Assembly: GCA_024644085.1 (NCBI GenBank)
Contig: JAHELS010000004.1
Span: 894-64,893 of the forward strand
DNA: 64,000 nucleotides
Direction of reading: 5' to 3'
Source: Rhodopirellula sp.
Lineage (GTDB): Bacteria; Planctomycetota; Planctomycetia; Pirellulales; Pirellulaceae
Part shown: positions 39,598 through 49,868 of the stretch, one piece after another
How the letters are laid out: each line of letters opens with the position of its first letter
Position numbering within the stretch: the stretch's first letter is position 1
The notes under the pieces: generated by a model
Databases searched by the model: none
What the model was told of the DNA's origin: nothing
The model's input: only the letters and a program-made list of their open reading frames with translations
Made by a program: the position numbers and the translations under genes

Positions 39598-39653
39598 GTG
39601 GCACAATGTCGCGATTGGATCAAAGTCGATCCAATTCTGCGACACAATGTCGC
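39598..39653 (+). promoter_or_regulatory. Operator-like array upstream of actA: two GNGRC-N5-GTCGC boxes flanking a palindrome
   Basis: GTGGCACAATGTCGC (39598-39612), ATTGGATC-N6-GATCCAAT (39614-39635), GCGACACAATGTCGC (39639-39653). Confidence 0.6.
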
Positions 39654-39788
39654 TCGATAATTCTGTACCATTGCCGCACGATATTGCGCGCCCCATACTG
39701 TGCGGGACGTCAGCGCGTGAGCTTCGACCCCGGAGGCTCGTTGCGCCGATTCGGGCCGAAAAATTCCCCGGTTGACCACAAGATCATC

Positions 39789-40502
39789 ATGCAACGGTTT
39801 TTGTTTCCTCGTTGGATCAATCCCCTGATGGGACTGCTTGCGGTCGCCATTGCCGCGGGCGCGGTGTTTGCCGGCGCGATGGGCGGATTGATTACCGACC
39901 CCAAAACGCTCAATCCCGGCTACGAACCCAAGCAACCGGTTCCGTTCAGTCACGCGATCCATGCCGGACAGCTGAAGATGGATTGCCGGTATTGTCACAA
40001 CACGGTCTTCGAAGCCGCGCACGCGGCGGTTCCGCCCACCGCGACCTGTGTTAACTGTCACTCTCCCGCCGACGACCAGGGTGTTACGCCGATGGCGGCC
40101 GTTCATGCTGAGAGCCTCAAGCTGGCACCGATTCATCAAAGCTGGAAAACGGGCCGAGGTGTGGCTTGGAAACGAGTTCACAATCTGCCCGAGTTTGTCT
40201 TCTTCAATCACGCCGCCCATGTCAACTCGGGCGTGAGTTGCAAAAGTTGCCATGGCCGAATCGACCAAATGGAAACGGTCTACCAGCACGAAGAACTTTC
40301 GATGGCCTGGTGCATCGACTGCCATCGCAACCCTTCACCCCATCTGCGACCCAAGGAGCTTGTGACAAAGCTCGACTGGGATCCTGAGACCTTTGACTGG
40401 GCCGCGGAAACGGGCGACGCCAGCCAGGAGGATTTTGCGATACGGACTCGGGAAGAAAAGAACATCAACCCGCAAGTCCACTGTGCCGTGTGCCACCGGT
40501 AA
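39789..40502 (+). CDS. actA: Alternative complex III pentaheme cytochrome c ActA
   Basis: N-terminal TM; PKQPVPFSHAIHAG; five CxxCH motifs (CRYCH, CVNCH, CKSCH, CIDCH, CAVCH). Confidence 0.95.
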   Translation: MQRFLFPRWINPLMGLLAVAIAAGAVFAGAMGGLITDPKTLNPGYEPKQPVPFSHAIHAGQLKMDCRYCHNTVFEAAHAAVPPTATCVNCHSPADDQGVTPMAAVHAESLKLAPIHQSWKTGRGVAWKRVHNLPEFVFFNHAAHVNSGVSCKSCHGRIDQMETVYQHEELSMAWCIDCHRNPSPHLRPKELVTKLDWDPETFDWAAETGDASQEDFAIRTREEKNINPQVHCAVCHR

Positions 40503-40575
40503 ACGTTGACCAACCGCTTCATCGATATGTCGACTCTTTCAATCGTTCAACCGTCCCTTCGCCATTCATTCTGAT

Positions 40576-43500
40576 ATGACCTCCAACGAATCGGCCATTT
40601 CGAGCCCCCCGCAGAACGAAGCCCAGGTGAAGCCTGAATATTGGCGCAGCCTATCGGAGTTGCGCGGTGGCGACGAATTCAATCAATATCTCGATCGCGA
40701 GTTTCCGGTCGCCGCGTCGGAGTTTCCCGAGGGCGTTTCTCGACGTCGCTGGATGCAATTGATGGGAGCCTCGCTGGCCGTCGTGGGTGCCAGCGGTTGC
40801 CGCTATCCCGAGGAAACGATCGAACCGTTCGTGATTCGGCCCGAGGGTCGCATTCCGGGCGAGAGCTATAGCCGGGCGACGAATTTCGAATTGGCCGGTC
40901 GGGTCTACAACCTGCTGGTCAGCTGTGTTGATGGCCGGCCGTTGAAGATCGAACCCAATCTGGAACATCCCAGCGGTCTGGGAACCGATGTGTACTCACA
41001 GGCCTCGATTCTTGGTCTCTATGATCCCGATCGCGCCCGCGGTGACGACGGCTTCTTGATCCGCAAGGGCGAGAAGCGGCGTTTGGAAGTCAATTGGGAA
41101 GAATTTGATCCCTATGGCGCGGCACTGATCAAGACGGCCGAGAGCAACCGCGGCGGGGCCGGGCTTGCCGTTCTGATGTCGCCGACTTCATCGCCTTCGC
41201 TGGTCCGCATGTTGCAAGCGTTACAGCAGCGATTGCCGAAGGCGACGATTTGTTCGTACGACGGCGTCGAAGGCGACGCGATGCAAACGGCGTCCTCGGC
41301 CGCGCTTGGCAAGTCCGCCAAACAGGTTTTGGCGCTTGATAAGGCAGATGTGATTGTCGCGATCCAGGCCGATATTCTCGGTAACGACAAAAACATGATG
41401 GTCAACGCCGCCCGCTTTGCTCAACGACGGGACCCAACCAAGGGAAAGATGAACCGCCTTTACGTCGTTGAGGGTGGTTACAGTTCGACCGGTGCCGCGG
41501 CTGATTCACGATTAGCGATTCGGCCGAGTCAAATGCGCGCGTTTCTGTCCGAACTTGCGCGGCGCGTCGAGAAGATTCGCGGCGGCCAGTCACACGATGC
41601 GGCGGCCAAAGAAAAGCCGTTTGACCAAATTCCGCCGGATGAACGGCTCGAGCGGTTCCTCGAAGTGGTTGCCCATGACGTCGCACAGGCGGGTGAAAAA
41701 GCGGTGATCGTGGTTGGCGACCATCTCGGATCGGATGCGATCGTCGCCGGAATGAAAATGAACCAGACTCTCGGTTCGTTCGGCGGCATTCAAAAGTTTT
41801 CGACCGCTGTTGACGCCGATTTGCCAACCGTGTCGCTGCGTGAGTTGACCAACAAGATTGATGACGGGGAAATCGATACCCTGTTGGTTCTTGGCAACAA
41901 CCCGGTCGCGACGGCACCGGGCGACATCGATCTCGGCGCGTCGATTGCGAAAGTCGAGAACACGCTCTACCACGGCGAATATGACGACGAAACGGCGCTG
42001 GCGTGCGAGTGGTCATTGCCGATGTCACACCCTCTTGAATCCTGGGGCGATTGCGTCAACCCGATTGGTCACTACGGCGTTTGCCAACCACAGATTCTTC
42101 CGCTGCTTGGCGGTCGCGCCGCGATCGAACTGCTCGCCATGCTGTTGGGCGAGCGTGAGACCGACGGCGGGAAGATCGTCCGTCGGACGGCCGACGAGAT
42201 TGCCGCCGCCTCGCTGAGCGACCGCCAATGGCGCCAGCTCCTGCATGACGGTTTTGCGGACGACCTTGTCCTCGATTCCGGTGAGATGAGTGTCGGTGGT
42301 GATGCCAGAGAAGAGTTGACCAGTGAAGCTCCGTTTTCTGATCCCAATGTCGACACCGATCTGGTCGAAGTGATCTTTGTTCCGGCCGACGGGATCTATG
42401 ACGGCCGGTTCGCGAATAACGGCTGGCTCCAGGAAATGCCTCAGTCGCTCACGAAATTGACTTGGGACAACGCTGCGGTGATGAGTCCGTCGACCGCCGC
42501 GGCATTAGGGCCGGGAATTCGGCACGGCAAAATCGTTGCCCTCACGGTCGGCGACAGCACCGTCGAACTGCCCATTTACGAGATGCCAGGGTGCGCTCCC
42601 GGTGTCGTCACCGCCACCATCGGTTATGGCCGCGGTCGCGCTGGAATGGTTGGCGGGTACACCGAAAAAGATGTCGATGTCGTCGGAACCGATGTGTCGC
42701 CGATCCGCCAAGGCGACGGGACCTTGATCGCATATGACGTCAAGGCGCGGCCTCGCTACGAAGATTACGAGTTGTCCACGACGCAGGACCACTGGGCGAT
42801 CGACGAACGCGGTCGCGATGAGACCGAGATTCGCAGTTTCAAGCTGGTTCGCGAAGGCACGACCGAGTTGTTCGAGAAGGTTCCGCAGTTTGCCGAGTCC
42901 AAAGGCCCGCATGTGCCGAAGGTTGGCGAGAATGGCTCACCATGGCGGGAACCGATCGATGCGATCGAAGAGGAAAAAGAGAAGCTGCCGCAGTGGGGCA
43001 TGGCAATCGATCTCAACAAGTGCATCGGATGCAGCGCGTGCGTGATCGCGTGTCAAAGTGAGAACAACATTCCGATCGTTGGCCGCGAACAGGTCCTCAA
43101 CAGCCGTGAAATGCACTGGTTAAGGATCGATCGATATTTCCAGGGCGACGAAGACAACGCCAATGTGGTCCAGGAACCGATGGCATGCCAACACTGTGAA
43201 ACGGCACCCTGTGAACAGGTTTGTCCGGTCGCCGCGACCGTTCATACCGACGAGGGAATTAACGCCATGGCATACAACCGTTGCATCGGTACGCGGTACT
43301 GTGCCAACAACTGTCCCTTCAAGGTTCGCCGGTTCAACTACTTCAACTACAACGAGGAAATCGGTACCGGATACGGCATCGATGCCTACGCGGGCAACAT
43401 CGAAAGCGCCAATCGTAAGCTGCAGGCCCTGGTGATGAATCCCGAAGTCACCGTTCGGGGCCGCGGGGTGATGGAGAAATGCACGTACTGTGTCCAGCGA

Positions 43501-43947
43501 GTCGAGGCCGCCAAGATCACCGCTCGCAAGGAAGACCGCGCCGTGGCCGACGGGGACGTCGTGACCGCATGCCAGTCGGCTTGCCCGACTCGGGCGATAG
43601 AATTCGGCAGCATAGCCGATCCCAAGTCAACGGTTTCGAAGAAGTTTATCGATCCTCGCACCTATGGCATGCTGGGACAATTGAACATCAAGCCGCGAAC
43701 CAGATACCTTGCCCGAATTCGCAACACCCCGAAGCGATTGATGACGGCGCAACAACTCGAGGACCTGGCTACGATCGAGCCGCCGCACCACGGCGATCAC
43801 GGCGGTCACCAATCTCACGGCGATCATGGTCAGGATGATCACGGCGACGATCATGGCCATGGCAACGAGGACCATGGCAACGAGGCGCACGGTGAGGATT
43901 CTTCGCACGAACAAGAATCGCACGCTTCGCAAGAAACACAAGAGTAA
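40576..43947 (+). CDS. actB: ACIII ActB (molybdopterin-oxidoreductase-like domain + Fe-S domain), Tat-exported, with His-rich tail
   Basis: YWRSLSEL leader; SRRRWMQLMGAS...GC; CIGCSACVIAC, CQHC...CEQVCP, CIGTRYCANNCP, CTYC...CQSACP. Confidence 0.95.
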   Translation: MTSNESAISSPPQNEAQVKPEYWRSLSELRGGDEFNQYLDREFPVAASEFPEGVSRRRWMQLMGASLAVVGASGCRYPEETIEPFVIRPEGRIPGESYSRATNFELAGRVYNLLVSCVDGRPLKIEPNLEHPSGLGTDVYSQASILGLYDPDRARGDDGFLIRKGEKRRLEVNWEEFDPYGAALIKTAESNRGGAGLAVLMSPTSSPSLVRMLQALQQRLPKATICSYDGVEGDAMQTASSAALGKSAKQVLALDKADVIVAIQADILGNDKNMMVNAARFAQRRDPTKGKMNRLYVVEGGYSSTGAAADSRLAIRPSQMRAFLSELARRVEKIRGGQSHDAAAKEKPFDQIPPDERLERFLEVVAHDVAQAGEKAVIVVGDHLGSDAIVAGMKMNQTLGSFGGIQKFSTAVDADLPTVSLRELTNKIDDGEIDTLLVLGNNPVATAPGDIDLGASIAKVENTLYHGEYDDETALACEWSLPMSHPLESWGDCVNPIGHYGVCQPQILPLLGGRAAIELLAMLLGERETDGGKIVRRTADEIAAASLSDRQWRQLLHDGFADDLVLDSGEMSVGGDAREELTSEAPFSDPNVDTDLVEVIFVPADGIYDGRFANNGWLQEMPQSLTKLTWDNAAVMSPSTAAALGPGIRHGKIVALTVGDSTVELPIYEMPGCAPGVVTATIGYGRGRAGMVGGYTEKDVDVVGTDVSPIRQGDGTLIAYDVKARPRYEDYELSTTQDHWAIDERGRDETEIRSFKLVREGTTELFEKVPQFAESKGPHVPKVGENGSPWREPIDAIEEEKEKLPQWGMAIDLNKCIGCSACVIACQSENNIPIVGREQVLNSREMHWLRIDRYFQGDEDNANVVQEPMACQHCETAPCEQVCPVAATVHTDEGINAMAYNRCIGTRYCANNCPFKVRRFNYFNYNEEIGTGYGIDAYAGNIESANRKLQALVMNPEVTVRGRGVMEKCTYCVQRVEAAKITARKEDRAVADGDVVTACQSACPTRAIEFGSIADPKSTVSKKFIDPRTYGMLGQLNIKPRTRYLARIRNTPKRLMTAQQLEDLATIEPPHHGDHGGHQSHGDHGQDDHGDDHGHGNEDHGNEAHGEDSSHEQESHASQETQE

Positions 43948-44010
43948 CGCAGGCTCGGCTGCTGCACGTCATTTCATTCACTGTCCACTGACTACTGCTA
44001 ACTGAAACTT

Positions 44011-45423
44011 ATGTCACTCGCCATCCCCAACGGTCTGGACAATACCGTCGAACGCCCCGGCGAACGCGCTCCGCTGGTGCTCGGTGATACCACCTATCAC
44101 GACATTACCGAAACGGTGTGCCAGGTCGCCGAACGCAAGCCAAGCAAAGGCTGGGTGATCGGTTTTCTGATCTCCTTTGCGCTGCTGCAGTGGATGACGT
44201 TGTGCATCCTGTACCTCTTCTACACCGGTGTGGGTGTCTGGGGAAACCGATCGCCGATCTTCTGGGGTTGGCCAATCGTAAACTTTGTGTTTTGGGTCGG
44301 TATTGGGCACGCTGGGACTTTGATCAGCGCCATTTTGTTTCTGTTTCGACAGGAATGGCGAACGAGTATCAACCGGGCCGCGGAGGCGATGACGATCTTT
44401 GCGGTCGTTTGCGCCGGTACGTTCCCGGGAATTCACGTCGGCCGCGCCTGGCTCGCCTTCTGGCTTGCCCCATATCCGAGCTTGAACCTTTGGATGTGGC
44501 CGCAGTTTCGCAGTCCGCTGCTTTGGGACGTGTTCGCCGTCAGTACCTACGGCACGGTGTCGTTGCTGTTTTGGTACATGGGAATGGTCCCCGACCTGGC
44601 CACCTTCCGGGATCGATCCAAGAACAAGTGGCGGCGGATGGCTTACGGCGTTCTGTCGCTCGGTTGGAGCGGGTCCTCGCGGCACTGGATGCGTTACGAA
44701 AAGGCTTACGCGCTGCTTGCCGCCTTCGCGGCCCCGCTGGTGCTTTCCGTTCATACGATCGTTTCCTTTGACTTCGCGGTGTCCCAGGTTCCGGGTTGGC
44801 ACACAACTATCTTTCCGCCGTACTTTGTTGCCGGGGCGATCTTCAGCGGTTTTGCGATGGTGTTGACCTTGATGGTGCCGGCTCGAAAAATGCTGAATCT
44901 TGAAAAGCTGATCACGGTTCGGCACTTGGACAACATGTGCAAGATTATTTTGGCGACCGGATCGATCGTCGGTCTCGCCTACGGCACCGAGTTCTTCATT
45001 GCCTGGTACGGACAGGTCCAGGAGGAAAAGTTTGCCTTCACCAACCGGGCCTTCGGGCCTTACTGGTGGGCCTACTGGACGATGGTCACCTGTAACGTGA
45101 TCAGTCCGCAATTGTTCTGGATCAAGAAGTTCCGGACCACGCCGTGGATCATCTTTGTGATTTCCATTTTCGTGAACATCGGAATGTGGTTCGAGCGGTT
45201 CGTGATTGTGGTCACCAGCCTTTCCCGCGACTACGTTCCCAGTGCTTGGGCATACTTCACACCGACCTGGGTCGACTGGTCGATGCTGATCGGTTCCTTC
45301 GGGATGTTCATGACCTTGTTCTTGTTGTTCTGTCGATTGATGCCGGTGATCAACATGTCCGAGACCAAATCGACCCTGGCCAAGCAATACCACATGGCCC
45401 ACAGCCATGACGATACACATTGA
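44011..45423 (+). CDS. actC: ACIII ActC (NrfD/PsrC-like quinol-binding subunit)
   Basis: [45 protein letters not shown]. Confidence 0.95.
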   Translation: MSLAIPNGLDNTVERPGERAPLVLGDTTYHDITETVCQVAERKPSKGWVIGFLISFALLQWMTLCILYLFYTGVGVWGNRSPIFWGWPIVNFVFWVGIGHAGTLISAILFLFRQEWRTSINRAAEAMTIFAVVCAGTFPGIHVGRAWLAFWLAPYPSLNLWMWPQFRSPLLWDVFAVSTYGTVSLLFWYMGMVPDLATFRDRSKNKWRRMAYGVLSLGWSGSSRHWMRYEKAYALLAAFAAPLVLSVHTIVSFDFAVSQVPGWHTTIFPPYFVAGAIFSGFAMVLTLMVPARKMLNLEKLITVRHLDNMCKIILATGSIVGLAYGTEFFIAWYGQVQEEKFAFTNRAFGPYWWAYWTMVTCNVISPQLFWIKKFRTTPWIIFVISIFVNIGMWFERFVIVVTSLSRDYVPSAWAYFTPTWVDWSMLIGSFGMFMTLFLLFCRLMPVINMSETKSTLAKQYHMAHSHDDTH

Positions 45424-45472
45424 CCCGAACTGACTTTCCACCCTTAGACAGCCTCTGTCTCGCAGCGAACTG

Positions 45473-47134
45473 ATGTCAGAAAACAGCGAAAAGAAAGTTC
45501 ACGGAATCGTCGCCGAATATGATTCGGTCGATACGTTGTTGGATGCATGCCGACGCATTCGTGACGCCGGATACACCAAGACCGATGCGTTCACGCCGTT
45601 CGCGGTGCATGGCATCGACAAGGCGCTCGGGATCAAACCGACTGTGTTGCCCTGGATTGTGTTGGCGGCCGGCTTGACCGGTACGGCGACCGCGATGGCG
45701 ATGCAGATCTGGATGAACGCCATTGATTATCCGTACATCATCTCAGGCAAGCCCTACATTTCGCTGCCGGCATTCATGCCGGTGGCGTTCGAGTTGACCG
45801 TGTTGTTCTCGTCCTTCGGCGCCTTTTTCGGCATGTGGGCGCTCAATGGGCTTCCCCGGTATAGCAATCCCGTGTTCACCGATCCCCGATTCGACCGTGT
45901 AACCGATGACCGGTTTTTTCTTTACATTGATGCCAAGGACGAACGTTTTGAGGCCGACGGCGTCGAGCAACTGCTCGGTGAAACCGGAACCTCGTATATC
46001 CAATCAGTTGTCGACGATGATTCGTCGCCCAAGGTGCCCAAGCCGTTCTTCTTGATCTGGGGATTGGTCGTCGGCTTTTCGGTGATTCCGCTGTTGATGG
46101 TCTTGAAGATGCGGGTGACCAACAGTTCCTCGCCTCGATTTCATGTTTTCTACGACATGGACTTTTCCCCCGCCAAGGACGCCCAGCAGAGTTCGACACT
46201 GTTTGCCGATGGCCGGGCGATGCGTCCCGATGTGCCGGGAACCGTCGCCCGTGGCGAGCTGGCAAACGACATGGATTTCCTGACCGGGATCGACATGGAG
46301 GCGCTCGCACGTATCGATCCTCCGCGGGCCGATCGTCTGGTACGCGGGTACCTCAATCCGCTGCAACAAGGCGAGGCTTCGCAACCAGACGGCCCGGATA
46401 CGCCGTCGCAGGACGAAGCTGAGAACGAAAACGATCCGCCGCAGCAGGAGAAGAATGCTGAGCGGGAGGAAGCGACGCCGGATGACGATGCTCCCAAGGC
46501 AGTCGAGGAAACTTCGCCGGACGACGAGGATGAAGCCGACCAAGTGAAAGCGAAGGCTCAAGAGCAGGCCGAGCCGGAGCGCTCGTCGCAGCCGGCCGAG
46601 GGGTCTGATGCGGGCGATGCCGCTGGCGAGTCGCCCAGCGTGATGGATACCACTCCCTGGCTGACGGAGAATCCGCTCGAGGTGAACATGGAGCTGGTCC
46701 AGCGGGGACAGAAATACTTTGGAATCTACTGCAGCGTCTGTCACGGCATGAACGGTGGCGGCAACGGTTTGGTTAACCGCCGTGCCCAGAAGATCCTGGC
46801 GTCCACCTGGATACCGCCCTCTTCGCTGCACCAGGACATTCTGTACGACGATAAGTATCCCGATGGCAAGCTGTACAGCACGATCAGCAACGGGATTCGC
46901 AAGATGCCGGGTTACGCCTCGCAAATCAAAGCTCACGATCGTTGGGCCATCGTCGCCTACGTCCGTGCTTTGCAGCGCAGCCAAAATGCATCGCTTGACG
47001 TTGTTCCCCAGGAAATGCGGGACGAGATTGCAGCCAAGAAGGCTGAGGTCGACCAGAAACTGAAAGAACAAGCTGAAGCCGAAAAGAAGGCCGAAGAAGA
47101 ACGTGCCAGCAAGGCTGCCGGTCAGGCGACCTGA
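45473..47134 (+). CDS. actD: ACIII ActD-ActE fusion (DUF3341 + monoheme cytochrome c)
   Basis: DAFTPFAVHG, FELTVL, DDRFF (ActD) in one frame with DMDFSP, PGTVARG, CSVCH, MPGY, DRWAIVAYVRALQ (ActE). Confidence 0.93.
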   Translation: MSENSEKKVHGIVAEYDSVDTLLDACRRIRDAGYTKTDAFTPFAVHGIDKALGIKPTVLPWIVLAAGLTGTATAMAMQIWMNAIDYPYIISGKPYISLPAFMPVAFELTVLFSSFGAFFGMWALNGLPRYSNPVFTDPRFDRVTDDRFFLYIDAKDERFEADGVEQLLGETGTSYIQSVVDDDSSPKVPKPFFLIWGLVVGFSVIPLLMVLKMRVTNSSSPRFHVFYDMDFSPAKDAQQSSTLFADGRAMRPDVPGTVARGELANDMDFLTGIDMEALARIDPPRADRLVRGYLNPLQQGEASQPDGPDTPSQDEAENENDPPQQEKNAEREEATPDDDAPKAVEETSPDDEDEADQVKAKAQEQAEPERSSQPAEGSDAGDAAGESPSVMDTTPWLTENPLEVNMELVQRGQKYFGIYCSVCHGMNGGGNGLVNRRAQKILASTWIPPSSLHQDILYDDKYPDGKLYSTISNGIRKMPGYASQIKAHDRWAIVAYVRALQRSQNASLDVVPQEMRDEIAAKKAEVDQKLKEQAEAEKKAEEERASKAAGQAT

Positions 47135-47186
47135 AACGCACGCGAAAACTATCCATTCCATTCGATATTCGTAATACCCAACTCCG

Positions 47187-48452
47187 ATGTCTGAACACGG
47201 CGCACCTGCGATCAAACCGGCCGACGACCCGGCCTTCCAGCTCCCCGAGTCGCTTTCCGCACTCCGATTGCCACTTTGCATTGGCGGTCTGGTTGCTTTG
47301 GTTCTCGGTTGGGTAATCGGTACTGTGGCACAGGGCGCCCGATTCGGCATGTCGGCCTACCTGACCGCCTTCATCTACTGCCTGACGCTGGCATTGGGGT
47401 GTCTGTTCTTTGTGCTGATCCAGCATTTATGCCGGGCCGGCTGGAGTGCGGTCGTAAGGCGGATCGCCGAGTTGGTGATGATCATGGTCATTCCACTTGC
47501 TTTGTTGTTCCTGCCGATCCTGGTGACGCTGCTGTTCGGCCAGGGGACCCTGTACGTTTGGGATCAGCCTGATTACGCGAAAAGCAACCATTTGCCGATG
47601 GATGCCTGGGCCGAGAAGTCGCGGTGGCTCAATCAAGGCTGGTTCACCGTCCGCGCGATCATCTACTTCGCGATCTGGGCGGGATTGGCGATCTACTACT
47701 ATCGCGGCAGCGTCGAGCAGGACGAAACTGGTGACAAATCGATCACCGATCGCCTCCAGTACTGGAGCGGGCCGGCGGTGATGATGTTCTGCGGGGCGAC
47801 CACGTTTGCCGCTTTTGACTGGGTCATGAGCCTGGCACCGATGTGGTTCTCGACGATGTTTGGAGTTTACATCTTCGCGGGCAGCGTGCTGGCCGCGCAC
47901 TGTCTGATCGCAGTTGTCGCATTCCTGCTGCAAAAACAGGGTGCGATGCGGGACGAAGTGACGATCGAACACTACCACGATCTCGGAAAGTTGATTTTCG
48001 GATTCGTCTTTTTCTGGACGTACATCTCGTTCAGCCAATACATGTTGATTTGGTATGGCAACATCCCCGAGGAAACCGAGTGGTTCTACCATCGTCAAGT
48101 CGGGGCCTGGGGATGGTTGGCCCTGGTGCTGATCTTTTTCCACTGGATGTTGCCATTCCTCGGCACGCTCAGTCGTCATGTGCGCCGCAATCCGAAACTC
48201 GTGTTCGGCTGGGGACTTTACCTGTTGGTGATGCACTACATCGATGTCTACTGGATGATCATGCCCGAAGCTCGAGTTGGCGGACAGGCAGCGACACCGG
48301 GCGGAGTATTCGGAGTCTTTGCCAGTGTTTTGTGCGTTGGCGGAATGCTAGCGCTGTTGTCGGGGTTAGTTCTTCGCGTGGCAGAACAGGCGAAAGTTGT
48401 GGCTGTCCGCGACCCACGATTGGGCGAATCGATAGCCTTTGAAAATATTTAG
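47187..48452 (+). CDS. actF: ACIII ActF membrane subunit
   Basis: AGWSAVVRRIAE, FDWVMSLAPMWFSTMFG, HDLGK, SQYMLIWYGNIPEE. Confidence 0.93.
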   Translation: MSEHGAPAIKPADDPAFQLPESLSALRLPLCIGGLVALVLGWVIGTVAQGARFGMSAYLTAFIYCLTLALGCLFFVLIQHLCRAGWSAVVRRIAELVMIMVIPLALLFLPILVTLLFGQGTLYVWDQPDYAKSNHLPMDAWAEKSRWLNQGWFTVRAIIYFAIWAGLAIYYYRGSVEQDETGDKSITDRLQYWSGPAVMMFCGATTFAAFDWVMSLAPMWFSTMFGVYIFAGSVLAAHCLIAVVAFLLQKQGAMRDEVTIEHYHDLGKLIFGFVFFWTYISFSQYMLIWYGNIPEETEWFYHRQVGAWGWLALVLIFFHWMLPFLGTLSRHVRRNPKLVFGWGLYLLVMHYIDVYWMIMPEARVGGQAATPGGVFGVFASVLCVGGMLALLSGLVLRVAEQAKVVAVRDPRLGESIAFENI

Positions 48453-48529
48453 TGCATTGGAGCATCGATCGTTGACCCTTTGGCGATCGAGCGTTGATTG
48501 ATAAACACCACCCTTCGAAAAAACCTTCC

Positions 48530-48862
48530 ATGGCTGCCTACGACGATCTTGATGTCAGACGCATTTTCTATGTCGGAGTTGCTTCGATCGTGATAACCGC
48601 GGTTACTGCGTTGGCGGTTCAGGTCCTCTACTACTCGTTGGTCCAGTGGCAGGACTCCGAGACCAGGAAGGTCAGTGATTACCAGCGTCAGAATCGGATC
48701 TTGAAGGAACAGCAGGAACAGATTTCGACGTATGGCGTCGACGAAGATACGGGGAACATCATCATTCCGATTGACAAGGCAATTGAGCTTTTTGTGAGTG
48801 AAAAGGAGAAGAACACGACCGTCACCAAGTCTTCCGCTCCCATCAGGAACGACGAAACCTAG
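48530..48862 (+). CDS. actG: Single-TM protein at the ActG position
   Basis: One TM followed by YGVDEDTGNIIIPIDKAIEL, resembling the ActG C-terminus; lies between actF and sco. Confidence 0.7.
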   Translation: MAAYDDLDVRRIFYVGVASIVITAVTALAVQVLYYSLVQWQDSETRKVSDYQRQNRILKEQQEQISTYGVDEDTGNIIIPIDKAIELFVSEKEKNTTVTKSSAPIRNDET

Positions 48863-48866
48863 TGCA

Positions 48867-49814
48867 ATGAACCGAAAGCCCATCCGATTCATTCTCGGCA
48901 TCTTTGTGGCGTTGGCAGTGCTCGCTGCCAACGATCGCTCGACGTCCGCGCTGGGTCAATCGTTACTGGGTCAATCGTTACTGGGCCAATCGCTGCAGGG
49001 CCGCGAGGGTGTCTCGCTCAATGACGGAATTCCCCGCGAAGTCGAGAACGTTACCGTCGAACAGAAACTCGGCGGACAGGTTCCTCTTAATCTTCCGTTG
49101 ACCGATTCGCTTGGCCGGCGCGTGAAGACCGGTTACTTCATTGACGGAAAAAAGCCGACGATCATCACGCTCAACTACAGCAGTTGTCCAATGCTGTGCA
49201 ATGTCCAGCTCAATCAGTTGACGAAATCGTTGGGCGAGCTTGATCTGCAAATCGGGCGTGATTTCCAGATTCTTTCGGTCAGCATCGATCCGAAAGAAAC
49301 CACCGAAACGATTCGCAAGACCAAACGGAACTACGTTGACCAATTGGTCCTCCAGCAACCGGCCGCCGATCAGGGCTGGGAATTCTGTACAGCCCAACAG
49401 CCGATCATTACCCGATTGGCCGATGTGCTCGGATTTCAATACACCTACGACCGCAAATCGGGCGAGTACTATCACCCGGCAATGCTCGCGTTCGTTTCCC
49501 CCGAGGGTGTGATCACGCGTTACTCGCTGGCGGTTGCATTTGAACCCGAAGATCTGCGAAAAGCGCTCGTGGAAGCAGGCGAGGGCACGGTCGGCACGCC
49601 TGTCGACCAATTGATCCTGTGGTGCTTCAGCTACGACCCGACAAGTAACAGTTACGTCCCGCAGGCCTGGCGAATCATGCGATTAGGCGGTGCCGCGACG
49701 GTTGGATTGATGTTGGCCTGCCTGGCGCCGTACTGGATCGGCCGCAAGCGTCAGCCGCCGCCCGCACCCGACGAAACCCCGACTCAGTCCGATTCCCCGC
49801 TGGAACCAACGTAG
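48867..49814 (+). CDS. SCO1/SenC family copper chaperone
   Basis: YSSCPMLC (CxxxC), VSIDP, YYHPA; C-terminal CFSYDP plus TM. Confidence 0.92.
   Translation: MNRKPIRFILGIFVALAVLAANDRSTSALGQSLLGQSLLGQSLQGREGVSLNDGIPREVENVTVEQKLGGQVPLNLPLTDSLGRRVKTGYFIDGKKPTIITLNYSSCPMLCNVQLNQLTKSLGELDLQIGRDFQILSVSIDPKETTETIRKTKRNYVDQLVLQQPAADQGWEFCTAQQPIITRLADVLGFQYTYDRKSGEYYHPAMLAFVSPEGVITRYSLAVAFEPEDLRKALVEAGEGTVGTPVDQLILWCFSYDPTSNSYVPQAWRIMRLGGAATVGLMLACLAPYWIGRKRQPPPAPDETPTQSDSPLEPT
48951..48995 (+). repeat. In-frame 15-bp tandem repeat x3 (LGQSL)
   Basis: CTGGGTCAATCGTTA x2 plus CTGGGCCAATCGCTG. Confidence 0.85.
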
Positions 49815-49868
49815 GCCTCCTCGCGACCGACTTCCGTTTCACAATCGATACCACTTCGACGACAAGAA

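Noticed and set aside
39614-39635. FNR box
   Set aside because: The dyad is TTGGATC-N6-GATCCAA, not TTGAT-N4-ATCAA; kept only as an unassigned palindrome.
40576-43947. ActB as an active molybdoenzyme
   Set aside because: The operon context is clearly ACIII, and characterised ActB subunits carry no molybdopterin.
44014-45441. 475-aa antisense ORF, and similar ones at 6125-7294, 9169-10218, 18735-19820, 46004-47350 and 54784-55851
   Set aside because: They mirror well-supported genes, have no motifs, and are expected shadow ORFs in GC-rich DNA.
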